Positions 26,578 through 36,772 of a DNA stretch of 64,000 nt are shown one piece after another. A program made the position numbers and the translations under genes. This stretch comes from Desulfomonilia bacterium (GTDB taxonomy: Bacteria; Desulfobacterota; Desulfomonilia; UBA1062): assembly GCA_050014195.1 (NCBI GenBank), contig JBEKDT010000001.1, positions 320,001 to 384,000 on the forward strand, given 5' to 3'. The notes under the pieces are model-generated. The model was given only the letters and a program-made list of their open reading frames with translations. It was not told the DNA's origin and made no database searches. Position 1 is the first letter of the stretch. Each line of letters starts with the position of its first letter.

Positions 26578-28068
26578 TCAGACATCTTTTAAGGTACCGA
26601 GGATCTCTTCCAGTGAGTTGATACTCACATAGAGCTCCTGAGCATCTTCAGCAAGCTTTACTGCAGAGTCGGCATTGTGCGCAACGATATCCCTAGTCCT
26701 TGATATTGCCTCATTGATATATTCAATACCTGCACTGTGCTTTCTACTGTCCTCGGCAATGTGAGATATCTTCGCAACAATCTCAGTACCCTGCTCGACG
26801 ATCATGTGAAAAAATTCTGATGTCTCTTTGGCGAGATCCACACACTTCCTGGTAGCATTGACGTCCTTATAAACGATCTCCCGGATGTCTTGGGATGATT
26901 TGATCGTCTTGCGGGCAAGATTTCGTACCTCCTCAACCACCACCCAAAACCCCATACCGGCCGCTCCGGCCCTTTGCGCTTCCACTGATGCGCTCAGGGA
27001 GAGCATATTCGCTTGGAATGCAATCTCGTTTATTACAACTACGATCTTTTCAATCTGGGTGCCCAAAGCACAGATATCCTCCATGGAATCTCTCAGAGAG
27101 TCGATGAGATTCATGCGGCCAAGGACTGCCTCATTGAACGTCTTGAGATAAGACTCTACACCTGCAACTTCCTCGGTACTGCGACCGATTATCAGGGCCA
27201 GGTCTTCAAGGGTCTTTGATGTCTCGCTGAAGGCATTATTTTGATCCAGGTTGCGCGTTACCAGCTCGGCGCTCTCGGGAATAAAGTTCTTAGATGTCTG
27301 AACAATCTTTTCTATGGAGGAGGTGAACCGCCTGAGAAAAATAATTGAGATGGTCATGGTGGATATGAAGAGGGCTGCTCCTATCAGCAGTGATTCCCTA
27401 AAGCCTTGAGCAAGCACAGCATGAATAGAGCGAATGTCAAGGTCTGCCACCATTATATAGACCTTCCCGGAAGGCATTATTACCGGGATGATGACAGAGC
27501 GGAAATCACCATATTGATCGTGCGACTCCTCGAAAGAGACCCGCCTTTTGTCAAAGGCCTGTTTCAACTGGGTGGCAGCGCCTTTGTAGACCGTAAAGAA
27601 GGGATTGAAAGTGCCTTTTTTGAGTTCCTCATCTGTAGCGCTCGTGGAGGTGAACACTATGTTCCCACCTGATTCCATCATGGTATACAGATAGGTTACG
27701 TGAGCGTATTTTGCATACCGTGAAAGCTTGTGAACATTGATCAGATGTTCCTGAGAGGAAACGGAAGCATCTGAGGTGATCCTGATGTGGTATCCCTCAG
27801 GGAGGATGTAACGGACAGCATTGGCACTTGCGAGGAGCCTGTTGTCGATATCCCTCATGGCCGAGATTTTCTGGTCCTGATAGAAATAGAGAGAGAAGAC
27901 GCCTGTGGAGATGATGTTGAACAATACCACAAGGAGAAGAGCTTTTATTTGGAAGGACAGCCTCCTTTTTACCTGTGGCCGTTTGCTTTCACTATGCTCC
28001 TGAGGCATTGCAACGCAGATCCTTTCACATTCTTTCATCATAACACCATCTCTCATACTATCGGACAA
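26578..28068 (-). CDS. Methyl-accepting chemotaxis-like protein with divergent signalling tip
   Basis: Two TM helices, periplasmic domain, INEIAFQANMLSLSASVEAQRAGAAGMGFWVVVEEVRNLA. Confidence 0.8.
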   Translation of the reverse strand: MSDSMRDGVMMKECERICVAMPQEHSESKRPQVKRRLSFQIKALLLVVLFNIISTGVFSLYFYQDQKISAMRDIDNRLLASANAVRYILPEGYHIRITSDASVSSQEHLINVHKLSRYAKYAHVTYLYTMMESGGNIVFTSTSATDEELKKGTFNPFFTVYKGAATQLKQAFDKRRVSFEESHDQYGDFRSVIIPVIMPSGKVYIMVADLDIRSIHAVLAQGFRESLLIGAALFISTMTISIIFLRRFTSSIEKIVQTSKNFIPESAELVTRNLDQNNAFSETSKTLEDLALIIGRSTEEVAGVESYLKTFNEAVLGRMNLIDSLRDSMEDICALGTQIEKIVVVINEIAFQANMLSLSASVEAQRAGAAGMGFWVVVEEVRNLARKTIKSSQDIREIVYKDVNATRKCVDLAKETSEFFHMIVEQGTEIVAKISHIAEDSRKHSAGIEYINEAISRTRDIVAHNADSAVKLAEDAQELYVSINSLEEILGTLKDV

Positions 28069-28226
28069 TTACACCCATTCTCATGAGAGGAATTCCATCT
28101 ATATATCCCTGAAAGACTCAATACACTTAAGTCTTTGTTGATCCATCCCGCAGGTATGAGATTAAGAATTTGACACATCCATACCTCTGTGGCACGGTGA
28201 ACCGAGAAAGTACCATCAGGTGGAAT

Positions 28227-28643
28227 ATGTCTGAACTCGTGAGATTCGGTGTATCACTCGAAGACAGTTTGCTCATAAAATTCGACAGGCTCATCAAGAA
28301 GAGGGGCTATGCGACACGGTCTGAGGCCCTTCGGGACCTTATCCGCCAGGAGCTGGTCAAAAACGAGTGGGAGGAAGACCAGGAAGTTGCCGGCACCATC
28401 ACCTTCATCTACGACCACCACAGGCGGGGCCTTTCCAGTCAGCTCACCGACCTGCAGCATGACCACCAGGACACGATCATCTCAACCCAGCACATCCACC
28501 TCGACCATCACAATTGCCTGGAGATAGTGGCCGTGAAGGGCAAGGCCAGCGAGGTTCAGGAACTCGCCGATGCCCTAAGATCGGTCAAGGGTGTGCGCCA
28601 TGGGGCCTTAAGCATGACCAGCACCGGTAAAGAGATCGAGTAG
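28227..28643 (+). CDS. nikR: Nickel-responsive regulator NikR
   Basis: LVRFGVSL...RSEALRDLIR...YDHH...HIHLDHHNCLE. Confidence 0.95.
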   Translation: MSELVRFGVSLEDSLLIKFDRLIKKRGYATRSEALRDLIRQELVKNEWEEDQEVAGTITFIYDHHRRGLSSQLTDLQHDHQDTIISTQHIHLDHHNCLEIVAVKGKASEVQELADALRSVKGVRHGALSMTSTGKEIE

Positions 28644-28849
28644 TATTCTTTAGGATCTGCACGATAAAAATTAAGGTTCATCTGTAGTAATGCATACTCG
28701 GATCATTGAGGAGCACACAAGAGGGAAACCTTACCACGAAGGATGAAATTCTTATGACAAACAAGAGGTTATGCATGGGATTTCAGATGATGTACCTACA
28801 TTGTCAACGCCTTGATTCGTGCTACGAAACATATTTTTAATAATTTATC

Positions 28850-28876
28850 ATGGCACTTTTATTAATTATGTGTTAC
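28850..28876. promoter_or_regulatory. Putative NikR operator
   Basis: ATGGCAC-N13-GTGTTAC, similar to the Geobacter-type GTG(T/C)TAC-13-GTG(C/T)TAC site; extra GTGCTAC half-site at 28819. Confidence 0.55.
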
Positions 28877-28948
28877 TGGGTTTTTAACGGTTCCCTTCCG
28901 TGATGAATAAATGGTCGTAGATTATTATGAGAGAGGATTTGGTCGAGC

Positions 28949-29635
28949 ATGCATATCCCTGATGGCTACCTATCCCCGCAAACCTATGTGCCCTTTTACG
29001 CCGTTATGATCCCATACCTGGGTATTGCCGCCCGGAAGGTCGGTAAAGTTCTCCGATCCCGGCATGTACCCCTCCTTGCCTTGGGTGCGGCCTTCTCATT
29101 CGTGATCATGATGTTCAATGTCCCCATCCCCGGCGGCACAACAGGCCACGCAGTGGGCGGGGTGATAGTCGCCGTCATCCTCGGCCCCTGGGCAGCGAGC
29201 ATCGCCGTGTCCATAGCACTCATCGTCCAGGCGCTATTATTCGGAGACGGAGGGATCACCGCCATCGGCGCCAACTGTTTCAACATGGGGGTTGTCATAC
29301 CCTTTGTGGGCTACTACACCTACAAGCTCATTTCAGGCAGCTCCGAAATAACCTCAACCCGCCGCTGGATGGCGGGCGCCATAGCAGGGTACATAGGGAT
29401 CAACGTAGCTGCGGTTCTAGCCGGGATCGAATTAGGGATTCAGCCGATGATAGCCTCCGGCCCGGATGGCCATCCGCTCTATGCACCCTACCCGCTCTCC
29501 GTCGCTGTACCGGCCATGGCCATAGAGCATCTTATCCTTTTCGGGCTGGTGGAGGCCCTGGTCACCGCATTGATCATTAAATATCTTCAGAAGGCCGATC
29601 AATCGCTCCTTACTATCTACGGAGGTGACAGATGA
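28949..29635 (+). CDS. cbiM: ECF Ni/Co transporter S component CbiM/NikM
   Basis: MHIPDGYL N-terminus; GGTTGHAVG, QALLFGDGGITAIGAN. Confidence 0.93.
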   Translation: MHIPDGYLSPQTYVPFYAVMIPYLGIAARKVGKVLRSRHVPLLALGAAFSFVIMMFNVPIPGGTTGHAVGGVIVAVILGPWAASIAVSIALIVQALLFGDGGITAIGANCFNMGVVIPFVGYYTYKLISGSSEITSTRRWMAGAIAGYIGINVAAVLAGIELGIQPMIASGPDGHPLYAPYPLSVAVPAMAIEHLILFGLVEALVTALIIKYLQKADQSLLTIYGGDR

Positions 29636-29976
29636 GTAACGGGAATTCCACCATGAAAAAGATGTGGATCGGGCTTGTGGTCCTTGCCCTTTTGTCCCCT
29701 GTGGGCATCATCATCCCGGATAAAGTAAAGGCTGGATCTGCATGGGGGGAATGGGGCACGGACGAGATCCAGAAGATGGTGGGATTTGTCCCGCAGGGCA
29801 TGCAGAAGCTCGCCGATATCTGGCAGGCCCCCATGCCGGATTACGCCTTCAAAGGTTGGGACAGGATGGGCCTTGGCATGCTGAGCCTGGCCTACGTCAT
29901 CTCGGCAGCCGTGGGTATTGGCATTATCGCTGCGATTACCATGCTCTCCGGAAAAATTGTGAACAAGAAGGAATAG
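29632..29976 (+). CDS. ECF accessory membrane protein (PDGLE/NikN-like)
   Basis: LSPVG...AWGEWG...APMPDY; two TM segments. Confidence 0.82.
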   Translation: MSNGNSTMKKMWIGLVVLALLSPVGIIIPDKVKAGSAWGEWGTDEIQKMVGFVPQGMQKLADIWQAPMPDYAFKGWDRMGLGMLSLAYVISAAVGIGIIAAITMLSGKIVNKKE

Positions 29977-30915
29977 ATGATCCCTGACTGGCTTACCCAA
30001 GACTGTTCGTCAATACCGCTGCCTGCCTCGCCGCACCGGGGCAGGTCCGGTTTTGTGGAAAAGACCATAGGCAATGCCGCGCACTTTCTCAGGGACACCA
30101 TGGTCTCCGAGGCCGTTGCCAGGCGCAGCGGCCTGATGCAGGCCCTGGACCCGCGTATAAAGCTCATAACCACCCTCGCCATTATCGTAAGCGTGAGCAT
30201 CATGAGGTCTCCGATTACCATCTGGGGAGTTTATGTGTTCACGCTTCTGCTTGCTGTCGCCTCATCCATTTCCCTCATATTCTTCATCAAGCGGGTCTGG
30301 CTCTTTATCCCGTTGTTCTCTGCCGTCATCGTCGTTCCGGCTCTGTTCAATGTGGTAACACCAGGAGAACCCGTCTGGACCGTATTTCGTCTTGCACGGG
30401 GCTATGATATCGGTCCATACCACATCCCCGACACAATCGCAGTGACCCGCCAGGGCGTGCTCACTGCCGTCACATTCATCGGCAGGGTCTCGGCATCGGT
30501 CTCTCTGGCAGTGCTGCTGACGCTCACAACGCTGTGGAGCGAGTTGCTGCAAGCACTCAGTGTCCTCAAGGTACCGCGGATATTCATCCTTATCCTCGGC
30601 ATGACATACCGGTACATCATCCTCCTGGTGCATACGGTCTATGATATCCATGTGGCCCGGAAGAGCAGGACCATCCAATACGGCTCCACCGGGAGCGAGC
30701 AGCGCTGGGTGGCCTCACGCATGGGCTACCTTCTGAAAAAAACCTATATGTTGAGCCAGGACGTGCACAGCGCCATGTTGTCGCGTGGGTTTTCCGGGGA
30801 TGTGAGAACGCTGAATGCATCCTCGATAAGAGGCTACGATTATGCATGGTCGCTGTTCGTCCTATTCATCTGTGCGGTTGCGCTTGTTGCCGACCATACC
30901 ATGGTTCCATGGTAA
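29977..30915 (+). CDS. cbiQ: ECF T component CbiQ/NikQ
   Basis: LDPRIKL, MTYRYI, ARKSR, AMLSRGF. Confidence 0.92.
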   Translation: MIPDWLTQDCSSIPLPASPHRGRSGFVEKTIGNAAHFLRDTMVSEAVARRSGLMQALDPRIKLITTLAIIVSVSIMRSPITIWGVYVFTLLLAVASSISLIFFIKRVWLFIPLFSAVIVVPALFNVVTPGEPVWTVFRLARGYDIGPYHIPDTIAVTRQGVLTAVTFIGRVSASVSLAVLLTLTTLWSELLQALSVLKVPRIFILILGMTYRYIILLVHTVYDIHVARKSRTIQYGSTGSEQRWVASRMGYLLKKTYMLSQDVHSAMLSRGFSGDVRTLNASSIRGYDYAWSLFVLFICAVALVADHTMVPW

Positions 30916-30925
30916 AGAGGTATGG

Positions 30926-31720
30926 ATGAGAACTCCCCTCTTTGAACTCTCGGCAGTAAGCTATCGCTATCATGCCGCCATCCCTGCCATTGAGGGGATC
31001 AACCTTTCGATCCAATATGGCGAATCCCTGGCAATACTCGGGGCCAACGGGTCGGGAAAATCAACCCTCATGCACATGCTGGACGGACTCATATTCCCGA
31101 CCACCGGGGCCGTAAGGGCATTCGGCGAGGTCCTCACTGAAGATAAACTTGAAACCGATACTTTCCGCCATTTTTTCAGGAGCAGGGTGGGCTTTGTCTT
31201 CCAGAACCCCGATATCCAGCTCTTCTGTCCCAAGGTCTATGATGAGATCGCATTCGGTCCGCTTCAGCTCGGACTTCCGGCAGGGGAGGTCATGAAAAGG
31301 ATCGATGACGTCCTTACCATGCTCGGTATCTCTTCTCTGAAAGACCGGACACCCAGCCAGCTCTCCGGAGGGGAAAAGAAACGGGTCGCTATTGCATCGG
31401 TACTATCGTTGAATCCCCAGGTCCTGCTTATGGATGAGCCCACCAGTTCCCTCGACCTCAGAACGCGCCACTGGCTGATAGGGCTCGTCAGCGAGCTCCA
31501 AAAGGCCGGGAAAACCATCATCACCACGACCCATGACATCTCCCTGGTGAAGCAGATCTCCTCACGGGTGATCGTGCTGGGGGAAGACCATAGTATCATC
31601 GCCGACGGGACACCCTCAGAGATCATCACGGACCATGAACTCCTGCACCGGGCCAATATCATACATGAACACGATCTGGACACATTCGGATATTCGAAGG
31701 AAACCCGAAGATCTGTCTAA
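30926..31720 (+). CDS. cbiO: ECF ATPase CbiO/NikO
   Basis: GANGSGKST, FQNPDIQLF, LSGGEKKRVAIA, DEPT. Confidence 0.92.
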   Translation: MRTPLFELSAVSYRYHAAIPAIEGINLSIQYGESLAILGANGSGKSTLMHMLDGLIFPTTGAVRAFGEVLTEDKLETDTFRHFFRSRVGFVFQNPDIQLFCPKVYDEIAFGPLQLGLPAGEVMKRIDDVLTMLGISSLKDRTPSQLSGGEKKRVAIASVLSLNPQVLLMDEPTSSLDLRTRHWLIGLVSELQKAGKTIITTTHDISLVKQISSRVIVLGEDHSIIADGTPSEIITDHELLHRANIIHEHDLDTFGYSKETRRSV

Positions 31721-31779
31721 GATGAGATATTCCAGATGATAAAATTGATAATCCTGATGTTATACCTTGAGCCTGATAA

Positions 31780-34227
31780 CTATTCCCGTTCTTTCTTGAT
31801 GCACGGAAGGTAGATTGTGAATGTGCTGCCTCTGTTCGGAGCACTTTCAAGGATGATCTCGCCGTTCAGAGAACTCGCTATTCGCTGAACCGTCGCCAGG
31901 CCAAGGCCCGTGCCCTTCCCCTGTTCCTTGGTGGTGAAGAACGGCTCGAATATGTGTTTTCTGGTCTCATCATCCATGCCGCACCCGGTATCACTCACCG
32001 AGAGCACCACATGCGGGCCGGGCTCAAGGCTTGGGTACCTGGCTGTGAAATCAGCCTCAAGGACTGTCTCGCACAGACACACACCCAGGATGCCACCGGT
32101 TTCTTCCATGGAGTGGAATGCATTTGTGCAAAGATTCATGACAATCTGGTGGATCTCTGTCGCATCGCAGTAGACCACGCCTGAGACCTTGTCGATGAAG
32201 CTGTTTATCTCTATGGTTGTGGGTATGGTCGCCCGGAGGAGCTTGAGGGCCTCTTCCACAACCGGATACACACAAATCGGTTCCCTATGGGCCTTATATG
32301 AACGGCTGAAGGAGAGGATCTGCTGTACAAGATCCCGTGCACGCATACCGGCGCCGGTGATCTGCTCGCAATATGCTGTCGAACGGCTCCCTTCCGGCAA
32401 ATCATGCCTGAGCAGTTCGCTAAAGCCCAGGATGCCCGAGAGGATGTTGTTGAAGTCATGGGCGATACCGCTGGCAAGTGCCCCGATGGTTTCCATCTTC
32501 TGGGCCTGTATAAAGCGCATCTCCTGCCTGACCCGCTCTTGCTCGGCCTCCTTGCGCTCGGTGATGTCCCGGACAATGCCCTGGAAGCCCACAGGCTCTC
32601 CCCGTGCATTCCTGATGAGCATAATAGATGCCTCGACAAACATCGGGCTCCCGTTCTTCCGTATCTGCTCCCACTCAAAGGCCTTGATGGACTTACCCGT
32701 CTGGAAGACCTGGTGAAACCGCTCAAAGACCTTCCGGGCATTCTCCTCATCCATGTAGTCCAGGTAATTCATACCGGAGAGCTCATCCTCGGTATAGCCG
32801 AGGTTGTCGCATATGACATGGTTGAAGAAGGTGAAACTGCCGGATAAGTCCACCTCGAAGTACCCTTCCTGCATGTTCTCAACAATATTCCTATACTTAT
32901 CCGTACTCTCCTTGAGGGCTTTCTGGGCCTTGATCTGCTCCGTGATGTCCCTGGCCGATCCCTGGATATAACTTGGGGTCCCATCCGGATGGCGTATGAG
33001 GACATTCCTGTATTCGACAACCCTGTCGTCGCCTTCTTTTGTCCTTACGCGCAGCAGCCCATCGTCACGGCCGTTTTCTATGATCCTGTGCAGGTATTCA
33101 TCAAATCCGTCGCGGTACTTCTCCGGGATGAGATCCCGTATGTTCATGCCCTTAAGGGCATCCGCCGTGTATCCGATACGCCTGACCGATGCCATGTTGG
33201 TCTCAATGATGGTGCCGTCCAACTCATGGATAATAAGGGAGTCACTGACGTTCTCGAATACCGTGCGGTACCTGTTCTCGCTCTCGCGCAGGGCCTCTTC
33301 CGCCAGCTTTTGGTCTGTGATATCACGGGCCACCCCTTGGATCGCATAGGGCTTGCCGTCACAGAAGATGAGGGCGCCGTTCGATTCAATGGTAATCCTC
33401 GTAGAGTCTTTCCTGGTGATGGTGAACTCACTCACCCCGTTCTGAGTTCCGTTCTTCAGGATCTCATCACGGATCTTTGCTGCAAGGGGGTATTGATCCT
33501 CCGTGATGAGTGACATGAAATTACATTGCGTGAGTTCCTGCAAGGTGTACCCGAGGGTATCGAGAGTCGCCTTGTTTGCATCGAGGTAATTCCCATCAAA
33601 GTCATGTACGTAGACAAAGAAAAGGGAACGGTCGAACAGGGCACGATATCGGCCCTCAACATCCTTGAGCTCATTCTGGATATTCTTGTAGGCGGTTATA
33701 TCCTTTAAAGACTCAATGGCGCCTATAATGTTTCCGCTAAAATCATACAATGGCTGGGCCTTGACCCACAGCACGGATTGCCCATGAGACTTCAGCAAAA
33801 CCTCTAGTTCTGCAAAAAACGCATCCCTATCAGAGGCGACGGAGGTATACAGATTGAGTATTTCATCATCCCTGCTTACGACATAGTCGATGAGGACAGG
33901 GCGTCTGTCTCCAAAGAAAGGCACTGCATATTCATATCCGGCCTTGCCGAGGATCTCGGATGTACATACGCCGGTGAGGTCTTCCATGGCCCTGTTCCAC
34001 GCAATCACCCTGCCCTCGGTGTCGATGGCATAGGTGGCATCGGGCTGACAATCAACGAGCTGAATGAGGAGCCTTTCCAAGCCGCTCAAGGTAAATCCGT
34101 CAGACAATTCAGGAAAATCTCCACCCCGGCGGAAACCCATGAGCTGCCTGATATCCTCTATCGAACTTGTATCTGATCGGTATGTGCTCACAACATTTCT
34201 TCTCGGAATATGCAGATAAAAAATCAA
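31780..34227 (-). CDS. Cytoplasmic multi-PAS histidine kinase (start uncertain)
   Basis: Four PAS domains; GIAHDFNNIL, NLCTNA, DTGCGM, GKGTGLGL. Confidence 0.92.
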   Translation of the reverse strand: MIFYLHIPRRNVVSTYRSDTSSIEDIRQLMGFRRGGDFPELSDGFTLSGLERLLIQLVDCQPDATYAIDTEGRVIAWNRAMEDLTGVCTSEILGKAGYEYAVPFFGDRRPVLIDYVVSRDDEILNLYTSVASDRDAFFAELEVLLKSHGQSVLWVKAQPLYDFSGNIIGAIESLKDITAYKNIQNELKDVEGRYRALFDRSLFFVYVHDFDGNYLDANKATLDTLGYTLQELTQCNFMSLITEDQYPLAAKIRDEILKNGTQNGVSEFTITRKDSTRITIESNGALIFCDGKPYAIQGVARDITDQKLAEEALRESENRYRTVFENVSDSLIIHELDGTIIETNMASVRRIGYTADALKGMNIRDLIPEKYRDGFDEYLHRIIENGRDDGLLRVRTKEGDDRVVEYRNVLIRHPDGTPSYIQGSARDITEQIKAQKALKESTDKYRNIVENMQEGYFEVDLSGSFTFFNHVICDNLGYTEDELSGMNYLDYMDEENARKVFERFHQVFQTGKSIKAFEWEQIRKNGSPMFVEASIMLIRNARGEPVGFQGIVRDITERKEAEQERVRQEMRFIQAQKMETIGALASGIAHDFNNILSGILGFSELLRHDLPEGSRSTAYCEQITGAGMRARDLVQQILSFSRSYKAHREPICVYPVVEEALKLLRATIPTTIEINSFIDKVSGVVYCDATEIHQIVMNLCTNAFHSMEETGGILGVCLCETVLEADFTARYPSLEPGPHVVLSVSDTGCGMDDETRKHIFEPFFTTKEQGKGTGLGLATVQRIASSLNGEIILESAPNRGSTFTIYLPCIKKERE

Positions 34228-34412
34228 ATCCCCCTGAAGGGTTCCGGCTGATAATTCATCCCTATAATTTTCTTGCTTGATAAAAAGTGATCATGCTAAC
34301 CCAAAAGTCGATGAGAATAAGTTTGAGTCAGAACCCTGCATCAGGTCACTCCATAACCGGGACCAAGACCTCCTCCTCTAAACCGCCTCATAGCACAAAG
34401 GGTAAGGCGGCC

Positions 34413-35363
34413 ATGTCCATATGCCTCTCCGTGCTTGCCCTTGTTTCCATTATTTTCACGGTGGTCTCTTTATGCCCGGATGTATATGCGCTTAATCTTT
34501 CAGGGATGGTTTCGCTTGAGGCCGTCGATATGACCGGGCAAAACTCCTATGTGCAGAGGTTTGATGGCGGTCAAAGCACGTTGAAGTGGCCCATAGATGT
34601 AAAGGCCCTCGGTGTCAGGCTCGGCCTGGCCCAGGATAACCTCTGCGAGGCTGAGTTGGGCATTATCGCCGGGCCCTGGGAATCAACTTCAACGCCCATG
34701 AAGGACTACGATTATATCAACGAATCACTCTATGCCAAGCCTCCCCATAACGGGGTCGATATCTATTCAGAAAGCAAGCTGGATTCCAAAGTGCTCGTCC
34801 TTGATATGAATACAAGAGTCTTCCCTTTGCGCAATAGATTCTTTTCCGCAGGGCTTACGGCAGGTTATCGATATGAAAAATATGATTATAAGGCCTATGA
34901 CGTCCATCAAATAGGGTATGGCCCCTGGCAGAACCAGACAAGCACCACAACCGGACTGGTTTCTCTGTACTCCGTGGATTACGACATATTCTCTGTGGGC
35001 CTTGCTATAAGGACTGCTGTCAAAGACACATTTATCCTCACCGCTGAAGCATGCAGCCTCCCTCTTGTCTACGCCAATGACGAGGACAATCACCTCAAAC
35101 GCAACAGGATATCCACATCATCAACATCGGGTTCGGGCTATCAGGCCTCATTATCAGGCCTCTACAAGATCTATCAAAACTGGTTCATCTCCTCGGGATG
35201 CACCTACAGTACGATCACCACTGATGGCCACCAAAATCAATACTGGTATGGGGACGATCCTGCAACACCCAACAACGATACCGGGACCAGTCGCAATGGC
35301 TTACCCCTTAAGATCGAACAGAGAAATCTCCGCATCAGCCTTGGCGCTTCCAGACGATTCTAG
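34413..35363 (+). CDS. Omptin-family outer-membrane protease
   Basis: Signal peptide; MKDYDY and DEDNH matching the omptin Asp/His catalytic pairs; GYRYEKYDYKA; terminal Phe. Confidence 0.7.
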   Translation: MSICLSVLALVSIIFTVVSLCPDVYALNLSGMVSLEAVDMTGQNSYVQRFDGGQSTLKWPIDVKALGVRLGLAQDNLCEAELGIIAGPWESTSTPMKDYDYINESLYAKPPHNGVDIYSESKLDSKVLVLDMNTRVFPLRNRFFSAGLTAGYRYEKYDYKAYDVHQIGYGPWQNQTSTTTGLVSLYSVDYDIFSVGLAIRTAVKDTFILTAEACSLPLVYANDEDNHLKRNRISTSSTSGSGYQASLSGLYKIYQNWFISSGCTYSTITTDGHQNQYWYGDDPATPNNDTGTSRNGLPLKIEQRNLRISLGASRRF

Positions 35364-35417
35364 GCAAATAAATGCACCAACCTTGAGGCAGACTCCATAT
35401 CTGTCGATAGATCCTTC

Positions 35418-36758
35418 ATGGCATCGATTCGGAGGCTCATTCGGAAAAACACAGACAGGGCACGTCATTGGCTGCCTTATGTTCAGGACAGGACAAGAGA
35501 GCTCATCATGCTCGTTCCCAGCCTGTTCTGCCTTGGAGAGGATATGACGGGTATCTTCGCACATCCCACGTGCACGCTAGAGCAATATTCCCTCCTTAAA
35601 AAACATCTGGATGGAAAATTTGATGTAGCGGTTGCAAGGCTGCCGGATTATATCCTCATCGAGAGCCTGATCATGGTCCCTCGGCCGAGCATAGTGAGCA
35701 CGGACTTCTTAAACCTCCTCTTAATCATCATCCCGACCGATGGTGCGCCAATTGAGAAGATCGAGCAGAAATGCTCTGAGATTGAGCTGTTCTTCCGTGC
35801 AAGAGGCATTGGAATGGCCACTCATATCCTCCATGGCAAGCTGCCCCCGCTCACCCTGTATGAAGTCATGCGCCTCGGCATAGTGCTTGCCGGCAGGCAC
35901 CCTATCTTCCGGAGAAACGACGAGACGGAGATGAGTTTTTTTGCAGGGGAGATCGCGGACATCATCAGCGATACCCAAACCATATATTCATCCGAATGGA
36001 ACCCTTTCCAGCATATCCTGGAGTGCGAAACGGAAACAACCATAAGAAAGCACACGTATCATCCCCATATGAACTTACATTCGATGAACCCGTTCATAGC
36101 GCCCTATATGCCGATGCTCATCAGATACGAAGAGGAACTGAATGCAGACATGCTCCTCACCTTAAGACTCTGCATCAGCGCCCTCTTTTTCCATTTCGGC
36201 CCGACCAGGGAAACCTTGGCGGAGATGATGAGGGCATGGCGGCTGAGTGCCACGCAGATCCCTGATGTATCCAATCTAAGCCTTGACGAGGCCATGCGCC
36301 TCAGGAATATTTTTGTCCCCCTTGACGAGCATGAACTTCCCGTCTTCTCCTGGCCCCCTAACCCTTTTTGGCAACTGAAAAATGCAACGCTTGTATGGGA
36401 CGGACCCGGCTGGAGGCTTGGCGAATCAGAGTCATTCCTTCATAAGCATGCCTGGGTGGTCCTTGCCTGGGCGGCCATATCGGGTCTCATCGGGAGCAGC
36501 ACCCTGCTCAAGACCCCGGATGGCCTCTTGCTTAAGACCAATGCCGTGGAGACCCTTGCAAGCCTCAAAGATGCAATCTCCAAGGGAGCCGACATCATCA
36601 CGTCCAGTGATCCCCGCCAGGGATCCATACGCATCAACAGGGGCAGATTCTTCTTCTCTGATTCACCTTATGCAATCTTGGAACGCGGCAGAAAGATCAG
36701 TCTTGTGCTCTTTAAGGAAATAAAGAAAAAGGCCCTGCTCGACGATAGTGGTTTGTAG
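35418..36758 (+). CDS. Degenerate class I adenylate cyclase-like protein
   Basis: IEQKCSEIELFFRARGIG and LYEVMRLGIVLAGRHPIF resemble CyaA QRKCSLLESWAASLGVE and LDEFYRTAVRLAGKRILW; catalytic GS..SDxD not evident. Confidence 0.5.
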   Translation: MASIRRLIRKNTDRARHWLPYVQDRTRELIMLVPSLFCLGEDMTGIFAHPTCTLEQYSLLKKHLDGKFDVAVARLPDYILIESLIMVPRPSIVSTDFLNLLLIIIPTDGAPIEKIEQKCSEIELFFRARGIGMATHILHGKLPPLTLYEVMRLGIVLAGRHPIFRRNDETEMSFFAGEIADIISDTQTIYSSEWNPFQHILECETETTIRKHTYHPHMNLHSMNPFIAPYMPMLIRYEEELNADMLLTLRLCISALFFHFGPTRETLAEMMRAWRLSATQIPDVSNLSLDEAMRLRNIFVPLDEHELPVFSWPPNPFWQLKNATLVWDGPGWRLGESESFLHKHAWVVLAWAAISGLIGSSTLLKTPDGLLLKTNAVETLASLKDAISKGADIITSSDPRQGSIRINRGRFFFSDSPYAILERGRKISLVLFKEIKKKALLDDSGL

Positions 36759-36772
36759 GGAAAGGATATTAC

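Noticed and set aside
28189-28216. NikR autoregulatory site GTGGCAC-N14-GTACCAT
   Set aside because: Spacer differs from the 13-bp site at 28850 and one half-site is weak.
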